Shown here: positions 10,036 to 20,244 of the stretch, piece after piece
Layout: the number at the start of each line of letters is the position of its first letter
Numbering within the stretch: the first letter of the stretch is position 1
Source: Wickerhamiella versatilis
Lineage: Eukaryota
Length of the DNA stretch: 64,000 bases
Assembly: GCA_030867685.1 (NCBI GenBank)
Contig: JAQOWU010000007.1
Span: 1,860,001-1,924,000, forward strand
Reading direction: 5' to 3'
The notes under the pieces: generated by a model
Seen by the model: the letters and a program-made list of their open reading frames with translations, nothing else
Databases searched by the model: none
What the model was told of the DNA's origin: nothing
Position numbers and translations under genes: made by a program

Positions 10036-10233
10036 CTACTCCATCTCAGGCTGATGAGACACCATTTCAGTGGGCGGAGGCAAGCCTCGCAAGTCACGTT
10101 GCAGTCTCTGCAGCTGATGAGACACTGAATCTGGCAAGACAGAGTTGTCCAAGAATTCAGTAAGCTGCTTCAGCGCTGCATCATTGCTGATATGGTCCTT
10201 GAACTTCGCCTTTGAGAAGGCAGTACTCGGCAT
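10036..10233 (-). CDS. RPA14: RNA polymerase I subunit A14 (very short)
   Basis: HISNDAALKQLTEFLD..QLQRLQRDLRGLPP matches the two A14 helices (yeast HVSTDEVLQFLESFID..QLKRIQRDFKGLPP). Confidence 0.8.
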   Translation of the reverse strand: MPSTAFSKAKFKDHISNDAALKQLTEFLDNSVLPDSVSHQLQRLQRDLRGLPPPTEMVSHQPEME

Positions 10234-10617
10234 GAACTATCAACTAGACTTATGTAATATTTTTCATTTCTGGTACGAATGCTTCAAGCTTAAAGGAAGC
10301 GAACTGGGTTACAACTCATAAATAATTGCAGTTTGCGGCACGGTGCAGCAGAATTCTAATACCTATTCAGTTACAAGTCATAATCTATTAAAACATTAAT
10401 CCCTGGTAATTTATGCGGTAATTATTATATTCGAGACGTAGGCTGTCGCAGCATTCTTACCACGCTTCTTCTAAAAAGAACGTAATAAATCTAAGTCATA
10501 TTAACAGGTATTGAAGACAGGAGAGTCATAGTTAGCCTACTAGGTGGCTACGAAAGAAACACCTTCTGCCTCCGACTTAGCAGTTGTGCTTACGCTATCA
10601 CAATCATCTTCTGTGAC

Positions 10618-10920
10618 ATGCTGAGGTTCCACCGAACTTTCATGTCATTTGCGAGGCCTCTGTCTCGTCCCACACCGGGAGCTGCCCTCCCATCTGCGGC
10701 TATGGGGGCCCCTGTGGGAGTACCTGGAGCTGCTAGCAACCCAGCGGCTCTCACGTCACTCTTGGGACAGATGCGATTTAAATCACGCGGTAATACATAT
10801 CAGCCATCTATGTTGAAACGAAAACGACGTGCTGGTTTCTTGTCACGGTTGAGGACGAGAAATGGACGAAAGGTTCTCAATCGACGGCAGGAAAAGGGCC
10901 GCTGGTTCTTGACCTATTAA
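10618..10920 (+). CDS. Mitochondrial ribosomal protein bL34m
   Basis: [42 protein letters not shown] after a presequence. Confidence 0.93.
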   Translation: MLRFHRTFMSFARPLSRPTPGAALPSAAMGAPVGVPGAASNPAALTSLLGQMRFKSRGNTYQPSMLKRKRRAGFLSRLRTRNGRKVLNRRQEKGRWFLTY

Positions 10921-11073
10921 ATTTGTACATATTCTTCATGTTACTATCGGAGATTCCATAGTTTATTATTTTTTCTTCAGGTTTTTCACTAGAAATTTCA
11001 AGTCAAATAAAGCGCTCGGTTCATATTAAATGTGATTTACCAGTGTCGTTTGATTACATTATCCAACTGAAAT

Positions 11074-11919
11074 ATGCTGCGAGGGCCGGCTAGATGGCCC
11101 AGGGCTTCTCAGGCTATACGTAGGTTTGCCACCAAGAAGGCAGCTGCAAAGACAGAAGCGCCAAAGGCCGATATGCGGCAGCTCGCGGCACAGCGTGAGC
11201 GTGAACAAAAACGACAGCATATCAAAAGAGAAAATGCCCGAGCTCTTCTACGACTCAAGGACGAGGCGAGAGAGTTTCAAAATCTCCCACATACCCTCGA
11301 TATTACTGATGCCTTGAGATACATTAGAGCAGCAGAAGTGGGGAGACCAGCACATGCAACAACACTTACAGTGAACATGCGAATAGTGGCGGACCGCGGT
11401 GTGCCAAAAGTTACCGGTGCCTGCAGATTGCCGAAGCCCCTTGATGAGGAACGCATCTGTGTGGTAACCAATAACACTGAACTTGCCGAAGAAGCCCGGA
11501 GAGCCGGTGCAGCCATGGTGGGTAGTGACAATATCATTAACGCTATCAGGGAAGGTGGTCCTATTGACTTCGATCGAATGTATGCAACTCCTGATATTAT
11601 GGGGAGAGTTACCCAGATTGCTCGGATCTTAGGACCTCGCGGTTTAATGCCAAACGTTAAGCGTGGCACGGTAACCACGAATATATACGATGCCATCGTT
11701 GCTGCACGCGGTGAAATGACATTCAAGCAAGTAGAGGACTCCTTGAACATCCCTGTTGCTCGGGCTTCATTCACGGATGCCGAGGTGGTGCGTAACGTAC
11801 TCTGTGTCACTGACACTGTGCGTTCACTCTTAGCAAATGTCCAATCGGCCAAGAAGGGAAGTATTGGGCGCACATTACTGTCTTCAACAGAGTCGCCCTC
11901 GATTGCGATAATTGTATGA
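11074..11919 (+). CDS. MRPL1: Mitochondrial ribosomal protein uL1m
   Basis: ALRYIRAAEVG, IARILGPRGLMPNVKRGTV (L1 signature); presequence. Confidence 0.92.
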   Translation: MLRGPARWPRASQAIRRFATKKAAAKTEAPKADMRQLAAQREREQKRQHIKRENARALLRLKDEAREFQNLPHTLDITDALRYIRAAEVGRPAHATTLTVNMRIVADRGVPKVTGACRLPKPLDEERICVVTNNTELAEEARRAGAAMVGSDNIINAIREGGPIDFDRMYATPDIMGRVTQIARILGPRGLMPNVKRGTVTTNIYDAIVAARGEMTFKQVEDSLNIPVARASFTDAEVVRNVLCVTDTVRSLLANVQSAKKGSIGRTLLSSTESPSIAIIV

Positions 11920-12007
11920 TGTACATAGCGGAAAATATATAGCTTATTGTTGATAATGCGTGATGCCTCTGGCTTACTTAAAACTACGTATAGGTGGGCC
12001 GTGTACT

Positions 12008-13396
12008 ATGCGCGCCACTGTCAAGGCTATTATTGCAATTACAGCCTTCTTGGGGCTAGCATTACCCCTATGGTATAATACATTGGCAGTGAAGCGGGCA
12101 AATATCAGTTTTGGGCAGTTGCGGAATATTGAGAAGAATGTCGACGAACTGGTAAAGACAACAGTAACCGTATGCCTTCATCCCGCACCTGAGACCCCAG
12201 ATCTTACACTTGCTACCCAGATGATAAGTGATAAGATGATTGGGAGCTCTGGTCTCAATAACTGGCGCATAAAATATCTTGAGGGAGATTGTAGAGACAC
12301 GGCCGACCTCGACATTGATATTCTTTCTGGTGAAGGAGATGATGCTATAGGGATCCCAACACAAGGAACTCAAATGGCAATAAAGTTTTCCCTCGAGTCG
12401 CTTGAATCAGGCCGAGTGCCAGAAGTCGTTGCTGGGATGCTTATCGATTCCATATTCCATGGTGAGCTTAGTGAATTGAATGTACGCAAGCCAGGTGTGA
12501 TATATGCCCCAGGATATCATATTACCTGGAGTTTGTTCTCTGAGGGGGGTGATCCTCGTGTATGGGATATAGAGCAGGCTTTGAAGGTGCACATGGGAGG
12601 TCTACTTGCAGGACTTGAGGATGCAGTGGGCCCTATAACTATGGACTCACAGGTTGAGTATTTTGCCAAACCTGGATGCCAGGGCCGCGAGCTAGAATCT
12701 AGAGATCTGGCAACATTTGTGAACTTTGCCGAGTGGAGTCTGGCTTCCAGCGCCCGAGTACCAACCCTTCACTTCGTACTCTGGCTACCTGAAGAACCTG
12801 TCACAATTATTGGAGCAAAGAGCAACTCATTTGTACTTCCGCAATGGGGTGGTGTTGTCATATTGAATGACGCCTCTCGGCATCTAACAGAGAGTGAGCT
12901 GGGTCCAGTTATGGATATATGGTCTGCACAGCTTCTGTCGCTTTTCGGCATGCCTCGTGAGCCGTTCAGTCCACAGATCAGAATGGATATTCTAGCTAGG
13001 CAGTCTGCAAGCCGAGGATTGCGGGAAGCAGCTGATTCATTGGGCTCGCTAGCAAGACTGGCAGACTCTATGCCTCATATTCCTATCCCTTCACAGGTAA
13101 GGAAGCGGGTACAAGAGGCCCTCGAGCAATTTGATGAAGGCTGTCGTCTATTGAACGCAGGTGGTAAAAATTCAAAAGCAGCAGTGCTCGCGGCGGGACG
13201 TGCCTTTGATAGTGCAGCGAGTGCTTTTTTCGATAAACATATGGTTGCCCAGGCTTACTTTCCTGATGAGCATAAACTTGCTGTTTATGCACCTTTGTTG
13301 GGACCAATGGCACTTGTGGTTGTAGGGGGTTGGCTGAGAATTTGGAAGCAAAGAAACTTGAAATTAGGATCTCCTCCAAAAGCCAAGGCGGAGTAG
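12008..13396 (+). CDS. GPI17: GPI transamidase subunit PIG-S
   Basis: N-terminal TM GLALPLWY, LATFVNFAEWSL, SFVLPQWGGVVILN, AFFDKHMVAQAYFPDEHKLAVYAPLLGP. Confidence 0.92.
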   Translation: MRATVKAIIAITAFLGLALPLWYNTLAVKRANISFGQLRNIEKNVDELVKTTVTVCLHPAPETPDLTLATQMISDKMIGSSGLNNWRIKYLEGDCRDTADLDIDILSGEGDDAIGIPTQGTQMAIKFSLESLESGRVPEVVAGMLIDSIFHGELSELNVRKPGVIYAPGYHITWSLFSEGGDPRVWDIEQALKVHMGGLLAGLEDAVGPITMDSQVEYFAKPGCQGRELESRDLATFVNFAEWSLASSARVPTLHFVLWLPEEPVTIIGAKSNSFVLPQWGGVVILNDASRHLTESELGPVMDIWSAQLLSLFGMPREPFSPQIRMDILARQSASRGLREAADSLGSLARLADSMPHIPIPSQVRKRVQEALEQFDEGCRLLNAGGKNSKAAVLAAGRAFDSAASAFFDKHMVAQAYFPDEHKLAVYAPLLGPMALVVVGGWLRIWKQRNLKLGSPPKAKAE

Positions 13397-13553
13397 ACAG
13401 GTTAGCATGGAGACTCTACCTTGTGAGGTTTCACTGGTTGCTGGACAATATTTCAACCATATAAAATATTTCAATTGACTATGGCTCGTATGTATATAAT
13501 TATGTAGCATTTAATTTGTTAGAAAAAATGTGTGATTTCTGCCACTACTGTAA

Positions 13554-15038
13554 TCACCTCTGAATCCACGCAGGCCTGACTGAATGTCCCTCTAAGACAC
13601 GGCATATTTTATCTACATGGTTACCTTGCACAAGGACACTTCCCTTGTCAGCAGAGGTGGATCCAGCACATGCAACTCTAAGCTCTTCAGCGAGCTCCTT
13701 GGGTTCAACATAGAACGCCTCCATACCCGTCACAATTGTAACCACTTTGTTACCTCCTCTCCTTTGTGTCTTGATATTAATTTTTGGAATTACACCTTTC
13801 TTGATTTTCTTGGAATTTTCGTCACCAGTGCGGAAAATTACATGGTGGACAGCGCAGTTCTTCAATACGGCAGGCATGATCTCATCACGCAGCACGAGAT
13901 CTTTCGCACCACCAATAATACTTTGAATGGCTGCATCAGGACGTATCTCACGGCCGGTGCCAAGATCATGGGAAGTCAAATAGTCTGCAACCTGCTTCTT
14001 CAATTCTGCAGCAGTCAAGTATTCGCCTACGAATCCCAACGGCTTCAGAGCACTCCGAGGACGATATAACTGGTATGCCTCAATCCCTGTGACCTTTTTC
14101 TTGGTCTTGCTGCTCTGACGAGGTGCGCCCTGGTCCTCCGATGGTGGTTCAGTTTGCTGGGCACTCATCACTACTATATCTCCGCCTTGTCGCTCTCTAA
14201 GGCTAAGCAATCCCTTTTTCTCTTGTTCTTTGAGAAACTTGGCCATTTTTTTCCAGGACGTCTGCTTGATCACGATATCCATCCCCAAGTTCTCCTTTAG
14301 AAGGGTTGCAAATGCAGCCATATCGATTGGATACTCATGATGAGTTGCTAGCACCCTTGAAAAAGCACTTTCAAAGGCAGCATCTGCTTCCTCCAGTGTG
14401 ATTTCTGCCATCTCAGCTTCTGGAGGAGCCGCTGCTGATGCTGCTGCTGGCTCGCTTGATTTGGCGTTGTCGGTCTTTGTTGGAGGCGGCGCCTCTTTCT
14501 TTTTCTTCCATATCAGATCACCGTTAAGGGTATCTCCATTCACATTTACCACCTCCACAGCTTTTCCCTTATCTGGAGGGTGAGCCAGATCAACCAGTGC
14601 GATTCCCACAGCCATGATTTCATTGGAATCAATGTCTCTGATCTGTACAGCAGATCCTGGAGATGCTTTCTGAGGAAGTTGACCGAATATTCCTGGCGCC
14701 ATAAAATCTGCACCATTCTGTAAATAGTCAAGCGTGTTAGGTACAGTGTAAATTGTTGGTAAGATATCCTGCGTATCAGAAACCAAATAAGCAGTTGGTA
14801 TAAAAGTATCATCGATCAATATCCATAGTGGATGTTTGGCATCAGATCCATATACCTGTGCTTTCTTCCCTGAATGCAATGAGACTTTGGCAGACTGCGT
14901 TGCTTTTGGCAGTAAATGTGTCTTGAGATCTGCATCAGCCTGGATCCCCAATTGCTTCTCGATGCGCGATAGAATATTCTTACGTTCAGAGCCCTTTATG
15001 GCCGAAAACGGCTTAAAGCTTGCTGGCTTCGCAAACAT
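13554..15038 (-). CDS. TMA64: Translation factor eIF2D/Tma64 (PUA + SUI1 domains)
   Basis: MFAKP..IKGSERK, LQNGADFMAPG, IKQTSWKKMAKFLK, RRGGNKVVTIVTGME, VLVQG. ATG at 15038. Confidence 0.9.
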   Translation of the reverse strand: MFAKPASFKPFSAIKGSERKNILSRIEKQLGIQADADLKTHLLPKATQSAKVSLHSGKKAQVYGSDAKHPLWILIDDTFIPTAYLVSDTQDILPTIYTVPNTLDYLQNGADFMAPGIFGQLPQKASPGSAVQIRDIDSNEIMAVGIALVDLAHPPDKGKAVEVVNVNGDTLNGDLIWKKKKEAPPPTKTDNAKSSEPAAASAAAPPEAEMAEITLEEADAAFESAFSRVLATHHEYPIDMAAFATLLKENLGMDIVIKQTSWKKMAKFLKEQEKKGLLSLRERQGGDIVVMSAQQTEPPSEDQGAPRQSSKTKKKVTGIEAYQLYRPRSALKPLGFVGEYLTAAELKKQVADYLTSHDLGTGREIRPDAAIQSIIGGAKDLVLRDEIMPAVLKNCAVHHVIFRTGDENSKKIKKGVIPKINIKTQRRGGNKVVTIVTGMEAFYVEPKELAEELRVACAGSTSADKGSVLVQGNHVDKICRVLEGHSVRPAWIQR

Positions 15039-15100
15039 TTCAGCTGTATGTGGTCTCGTCTGCTTAGTATTACCATCGCCGGAGGCGACTGTCCCCGGCC

Positions 15101-16540
15101 ATGTCCAAAAGTGTTCATACACTTCCAGCAAAAGTTCAAGGTTTTGTGAGATGGAGCACTACCATGCGTGTGGTGCTATTTGTATCATCCACACAGGTCT
15201 TGCTCTACCGTTTAACAGGAACCCAAGTATGGGCTCTCCCCGCCAAGCGCACAGCCGAGGCAATAAATGCAGAATTCGACAGTTCAGGAGAAAACGTAGT
15301 TGTCCTTTATGCTGATGGAAACTACCAAATAATTTCTGTGTTGCGTGGACGGATACTAACTAATGGTAAAGCACCGCCCAACTTTTCCTGGGTGGGATGG
15401 TCTGACGAGATGCTTGTGTGGGGGACTAACTCTGGAGAAATATCTGTTAATCTGTTTGGCGTACTAGATACTGGGCTATTTTCTGTCGGTAATGAGCCTG
15501 TGTTTGCCACAGCGAAGATAACTGAGGAATGCAAGAAATTAATATTTTGGGTAGTCGCCTTCAATACCCAAGCGGTTGTCCTGAGCGCAAATTTCTCAGA
15601 AAGCGATCGAAATATAGTATCTCTTTGTGCCGAGATGGATACGTGTGCAAAAAAGGTACAGGCTCTAGGAGCTAAAGTTGACACAGAGCGAGCTACATTT
15701 GCAAAGCAGATGTCACATTTCATGGATGGAATTACGGATCCCGTTTCAGAACTTTATACGGTGTTGCTGTCAGGAAATGCTTCTGTGGGGGTGATTGAAT
15801 GGATACGGGCCCGACATGAAACTGGCTTCAAAAGGTGGTACAAGGCATCAAGCCAGTCCTTGGATTATGCTATCGAAGCTCTAACTGCGATGTTGCCACT
15901 AGCTCAACAACTGATCGCTGGCATTGGAGATCTCGTACCGTATGGCGTTGGTTCTGAGAGCCTAAATCTGGCGGTAAAGCTGCTAGAGCTTGTTGTTAGT
16001 ATAGTAGGTGAGTACCAGACCCTCCAGCCAAAATTCGAGAGTTTTGCTACGTGGCTCGAGGTCGTATTCGTTGACGAGATTGACAGAAGCATTCAAGCCA
16101 CACGTAAAGATGTCGGTGATGGATACGATGCAGCGGAGTTCATTGGTATGGGCCTTGGTTTTCCAAAACCTTCAGACGACCTAAGTGCTAGTTGTGAGAG
16201 ACTTCTTTCTTCGTTCAGTCTTTCAGAAGATCAATTGAGGGATAGACTGAAAAGCAAGATTCAGGTTGTCGAACACACCACTCTTGGGACACCTACCACT
16301 GAATTGGTTACTGAGGGAAATATAGTGCATTTACTTACTCATGATAGGCATTATGTCTTCGGGCCTAAGTTGATATCTGAAGAACCGTGTAATGAGGGAA
16401 GTGTTCTTGCTGGTAGTCCATTGCAGATCGCAGCCCCATCTGTTAATTCCCCATTTGCAGTGGAAAGAAGAACAGGTACAATGTGTATATTGTCAAACGA
16501 CTGCCATCATTTCACTTTTGAAAACCTTGGAATAGCATAA
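15101..16540 (+). CDS. APC4: Anaphase-promoting complex subunit 4
   Basis: WSTTM..VLLYRL..QVW..DSSGENVVVLYADG (ANAPC4 WD40) and ELYTVLLSG..EWI..ETGFKRW (Apc4 helical domain). Confidence 0.8.
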   Translation: MSKSVHTLPAKVQGFVRWSTTMRVVLFVSSTQVLLYRLTGTQVWALPAKRTAEAINAEFDSSGENVVVLYADGNYQIISVLRGRILTNGKAPPNFSWVGWSDEMLVWGTNSGEISVNLFGVLDTGLFSVGNEPVFATAKITEECKKLIFWVVAFNTQAVVLSANFSESDRNIVSLCAEMDTCAKKVQALGAKVDTERATFAKQMSHFMDGITDPVSELYTVLLSGNASVGVIEWIRARHETGFKRWYKASSQSLDYAIEALTAMLPLAQQLIAGIGDLVPYGVGSESLNLAVKLLELVVSIVGEYQTLQPKFESFATWLEVVFVDEIDRSIQATRKDVGDGYDAAEFIGMGLGFPKPSDDLSASCERLLSSFSLSEDQLRDRLKSKIQVVEHTTLGTPTTELVTEGNIVHLLTHDRHYVFGPKLISEEPCNEGSVLAGSPLQIAAPSVNSPFAVERRTGTMCILSNDCHHFTFENLGIA

Positions 16541-16657
16541 GTATGAGCAATGATGTAAATCTAAAAATCGCATGTTAGGTGTGCATGACGCGTAGTGGTG
16601 AGAAATGCTGGGTAAAAATTATATGCAAATCTTATGTATTTATGATTGCTCTATATT

Positions 16658-17479
16658 TCAAATTATTTTCGTGAAACCTTTAGAAGACAGCGTCCAATAT
16701 GAGCGGGCACAGTCTTTAAGCCTCCGGCGCATCTTACGTGGCAACTCTCGCTTATCCATGCTTTTGTGAATATGTTCCAAAGTTTCTGGATGTACAGGAG
16801 TTGGTGCATCACGCAGAAGTCGGTCATAGCTCGTGAGAAGCACATTTTTTTGGCGAGAGAGCGCAACAACATCACCTAGCACTGTATGAGGCATTGGTGG
16901 ATCAATTTCCAGTTTTCTACGATTGCGTCCCGTAAATATGCGACCCTTTTTAAGAAAATAGCATAGAATAAAATAATCATGTGCTTGTTGTTCCAACGGA
17001 ATTTTTGCAGTCGCTATGTGGGACGCGAAATTCCGACATGGTGGAGGCTTTACATTATTGAGACGCACGACCAAATCTTTAATGTTAATACTACGAGGGC
17101 CCCCGCATAATTTTTGAGAAGGCAGCTCGCGAACCCTGTAGGTCCCATATGCTAAGTCAAGGCACTGACGAAGAGGCTTTGGCTGAAGCTCTGCAGCTTT
17201 AAGACATATTTCAAGATCTCCCCTTGCAACTCGTATTAAAGCCTTTATGCGATGCGGGTTTGTTACATATTTGTATCGTATGAAACAGGCAGTGGCCCAT
17301 TTCCGAAGCTGAGAAGATGCTAGCGGCTCAGGGATACGTCGTAAAGCACGATGGATCTGTTTAAATACATGAAGTACTTCACGTCTTGTTGATCCGTGAA
17401 TGTACCTAGGCCAATGTGCAGCTCGAAGAAGCCCAGACTGCATAGATCCTATACACCTAACCCCGAGATTCACAAGCAT
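16658..17479 (-). CDS. Mitochondrial LYR-motif-like basic protein (possibly Gep5-like)
   Basis: VLHVFKQIHRALRRIP..F..Y..IKALIRVA resembles a LYR helix bundle; LDLAYG motif. Start uncertain (ATG at 17479 chosen). Confidence 0.55.
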   Translation of the reverse strand: MLVNLGVRCIGSMQSGLLRAAHWPRYIHGSTRREVLHVFKQIHRALRRIPEPLASSQLRKWATACFIRYKYVTNPHRIKALIRVARGDLEICLKAAELQPKPLRQCLDLAYGTYRVRELPSQKLCGGPRSINIKDLVVRLNNVKPPPCRNFASHIATAKIPLEQQAHDYFILCYFLKKGRIFTGRNRRKLEIDPPMPHTVLGDVVALSRQKNVLLTSYDRLLRDAPTPVHPETLEHIHKSMDKRELPRKMRRRLKDCARSYWTLSSKGFTKII

Positions 17480-17779
17480 GGAAGAAGACGGCACTATTTT
17501 TGGCCAGGGGTAAAATCTGAATATAGCCTTGCAATATATCACAGAAAAATATAAAATAATTGATTTGCGAAGCTCAGTCACTATTAATTGTAAGTGACCT
17601 TGAAAAAGTATATATATTTGATAATATAAAAAAGTTCCTGTTGCTATCTTCGTAGAATCAAAATAAGCTGGCACTCTGTGACAGATGCATGTCGCATGTA
17701 AGATGTAACGGCCTATGTTGGTGCGTCCCCATAAAACAACTGGTGACGTCACACTAGATCTTTCTCTTTCCGCAATCAA

Positions 17780-18505
17780 ATGAGAGCTTTAGGAGTAAAG
17801 CATTCTCATTTGTATTTCCTCCTCCATTTATCTTTTATCTATGGCTTGAAGGATCTCGTGCCCCCCGTAATTCCTGGCTACGTGAATCTGCCTTCACAGC
17901 CTCCGCAAGGAGAGGTTTCTGGACAGCATGTCTACGAACCTATGGCAACAGACATAAAATCAGTAACTTTGAGCGGGGACTTACCAGAATCCTTGCTGAT
18001 TGATACCTCAACTCCAACAACAAAGGTAGCATCTGCTGAGGGTATTAGACCTCTAGAAACAAGTGGCACGGGGCATAAATCAAGCAATATTACAGGAACC
18101 AGCTCCGAAAATGCTATCCATTCACGCAGAGCAAGTGTGTCTACTCCCTCTTATCTGCAAGCAACTCCTAAGTTTGATCCAGTATTCCTAACAGGGCCCC
18201 TCCCTAATGTTCTTCTTATCGACTCATCGAGTCCTCCAGCTAATCAATTGGTTCACCCACGAGTTTTACCTTCGGCGAGTCTCAGATTATTTCATACCAG
18301 TAACCACACGACTACTTCCTTGCCTCACAGATTTGGGGCCATATCTGCTGCTCCACGTTCATCAACGCTTCATAAGTCCTCAACAAGAGCCATTAGCACA
18401 AGCCATATGATAAGTACTAATGCAATTGATACGATGATTGATTCTAATGGAGCTTTTGCTTGTCACGGTGACTTATGGCTTTTAATTCTTACTTTTTTAT
18501 TATAG
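17780..18505 (+). CDS. Secreted Ser/Thr/Pro-rich, probably GPI-anchored cell-surface protein
   Basis: Hydrophobic N-terminal signal, S/T-rich body, C-terminal SNGA + hydrophobic tail (LWLLILTFLL). Confidence 0.7.
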   Translation: MRALGVKHSHLYFLLHLSFIYGLKDLVPPVIPGYVNLPSQPPQGEVSGQHVYEPMATDIKSVTLSGDLPESLLIDTSTPTTKVASAEGIRPLETSGTGHKSSNITGTSSENAIHSRRASVSTPSYLQATPKFDPVFLTGPLPNVLLIDSSSPPANQLVHPRVLPSASLRLFHTSNHTTTSLPHRFGAISAAPRSSTLHKSSTRAISTSHMISTNAIDTMIDSNGAFACHGDLWLLILTFLL

Positions 18506-18811
18506 GTATGCAACGAGTAACTAGCTGCTGAGCTGCTGAGCTGCTACTTTATGTGACAAACTATGTGGTAAAGCGAATTATGATGTAAATATTTTGTCTG
18601 TTCATAAGTGGAGGACATCACTGTTCCCCATACTTGAGTTAAAACCGAAATTCTGGTTGGGAAACTCTCTCTCATCAGGTATACTTGGCATGTTCCAGCT
18701 TCAGTATTTCTGTATATGAGTACACTAGATATATTTTCACGTAACTAGTTGAAGCAACAATATAGAGGGATCACCAAAACAGAAATTATCGTATCACGGC
18801 TGATGTAATAC

Positions 18812-19264
18812 ATGAATTCCGAAGACCAGGTAGAGAACATCATTGACGAGGCCCTTGAGGACATAGATGTTGGCGAAAATGCATCTAAGGAAGATGCTGA
18901 TGAGCATGAAAAAATGAACTTGCTGCTGGCTCACTTTGACGATCAACAGATGTCACGTTATGAGGCATTTCGTCGGGCAGGAATTAACCGTAATGCCGTA
19001 CGGAAGTACGCAAATGCAATTCTTAATCAGAGCATAACTGCAAATGTATCTGTTGCATTAAGTGGTATGTCGAAAGTTTTAGTAGGCGAAATTGTGGAAA
19101 AAGCACGTGATTACCAGGCGGCTGAATGTGCGAGAACTGGCGAGGAACCCGGGCCCCTCACACCACAACAAGTCCGAGCAGCATGGCGACTTTATAAAAT
19201 GGAGCCTGGCGCATTACCTGGACCAAGGAGAAGGTTGGGTGATGCTGGCCATATATTTAAATAA
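18812..19264 (+). CDS. TAF11: TFIID subunit 11
   Basis: FDDQQMSRYEAFRRA..SGMSKVLVGEIVEKA..GPLTP histone fold. Confidence 0.93.
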   Translation: MNSEDQVENIIDEALEDIDVGENASKEDADEHEKMNLLLAHFDDQQMSRYEAFRRAGINRNAVRKYANAILNQSITANVSVALSGMSKVLVGEIVEKARDYQAAECARTGEEPGPLTPQQVRAAWRLYKMEPGALPGPRRRLGDAGHIFK

Positions 19265-19288
19265 GCTTTGTTCCCCTAGGATGATTAC

Positions 19289-20119
19289 ATGCTCGGTGAT
19301 GCAGCGCTCACAGTGGGTGGTTGCTGTGCGAATGTCTGGCTCCTCGAACGCGTAGTTCGCCTTCAACCACATTGTGGCGACGTTACGACTTTTGCACAGT
19401 TTGTATTTGTTGCGCTTGTGGGCCTCATCGCTCATAAGGGACATGTTCCAGAGTATAAGTCCTGGATAGTCCCTGCTCTGCTCTTTTGGTCTTCTTCAGT
19501 CCTCAACAACAAAGTGTGGGCTTTCAACGTTTCTGTTCAAGTCCACACTGTCTTTCGTTCTCTAGGGACTCTTGTGGCGTTGCTATTTGGGAGTATGATA
19601 GCAGGAAGGGAATACAGCGTTAAGCAAGTGATAGGGGTCGTCATAATAACACTGGGCGCATTATTTGCAACATTCGATCTACAAAATTCTGGTGAAACTT
19701 CCTGGAAAGGACTTGGCGTACTTTCGTTGTCACTTCTTCTTACTGGGTTTCAGTCTGTAGTATACGAACGCCAGCCTAAAAATTGGCATGATAGTGTCTT
19801 TATGACACATTTCCTTCCCTTGCCATTTTTCCTTTTTATGTCACGAGAGATCAAAAGCGAGTGGACAAATCATCCTGGCACATGGCTCTTACTACTCAAC
19901 GCGATGACACAGTACATTTGTATACTTGGTGTGAATAAGCTCGCCATGCATGGTGCTGTCACAATGAATGTCGTACTTACAATGAGAAAAATGATTACCT
20001 TAATTTTGAGTATGTGGCTCTACGGCTGGGACGTGAGGGTAGGAGTGGGTGCGGCCATAGTTGCTGTTGGCACGTTTATTTATGGTATGGGAACATCTAC
20101 AAAGAAAACTGAAACTTAA
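19289..20119 (+). CDS. YEA4: UDP-GlcNAc nucleotide-sugar transporter
   Basis: GGCCANV, TFAQF, NNKVWAFNVSVQVHTVFRS, NAMTQYICILGVN, LTMRK; multi-pass membrane protein. Confidence 0.9.
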   Translation: MLGDAALTVGGCCANVWLLERVVRLQPHCGDVTTFAQFVFVALVGLIAHKGHVPEYKSWIVPALLFWSSSVLNNKVWAFNVSVQVHTVFRSLGTLVALLFGSMIAGREYSVKQVIGVVIITLGALFATFDLQNSGETSWKGLGVLSLSLLLTGFQSVVYERQPKNWHDSVFMTHFLPLPFFLFMSREIKSEWTNHPGTWLLLLNAMTQYICILGVNKLAMHGAVTMNVVLTMRKMITLILSMWLYGWDVRVGVGAAIVAVGTFIYGMGTSTKKTET

Positions 20120-20244
20120 ATATGAGAATATAATAATGATGATTTATATTTTTATGCATCAATTCCACTGAGTGCTGCTGTATCGTGGAGGGGGGTATCC
20201 GGGTATCTATAAGGGATAACAGCAGGATAATAGGGATCAGTCGC

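Noticed and set aside
17480-17779. 100-aa N-terminal extension of the LYR-like ORF
   Set aside because: Non-ATG start in AT-rich promoter-like sequence that abuts the divergent gene.
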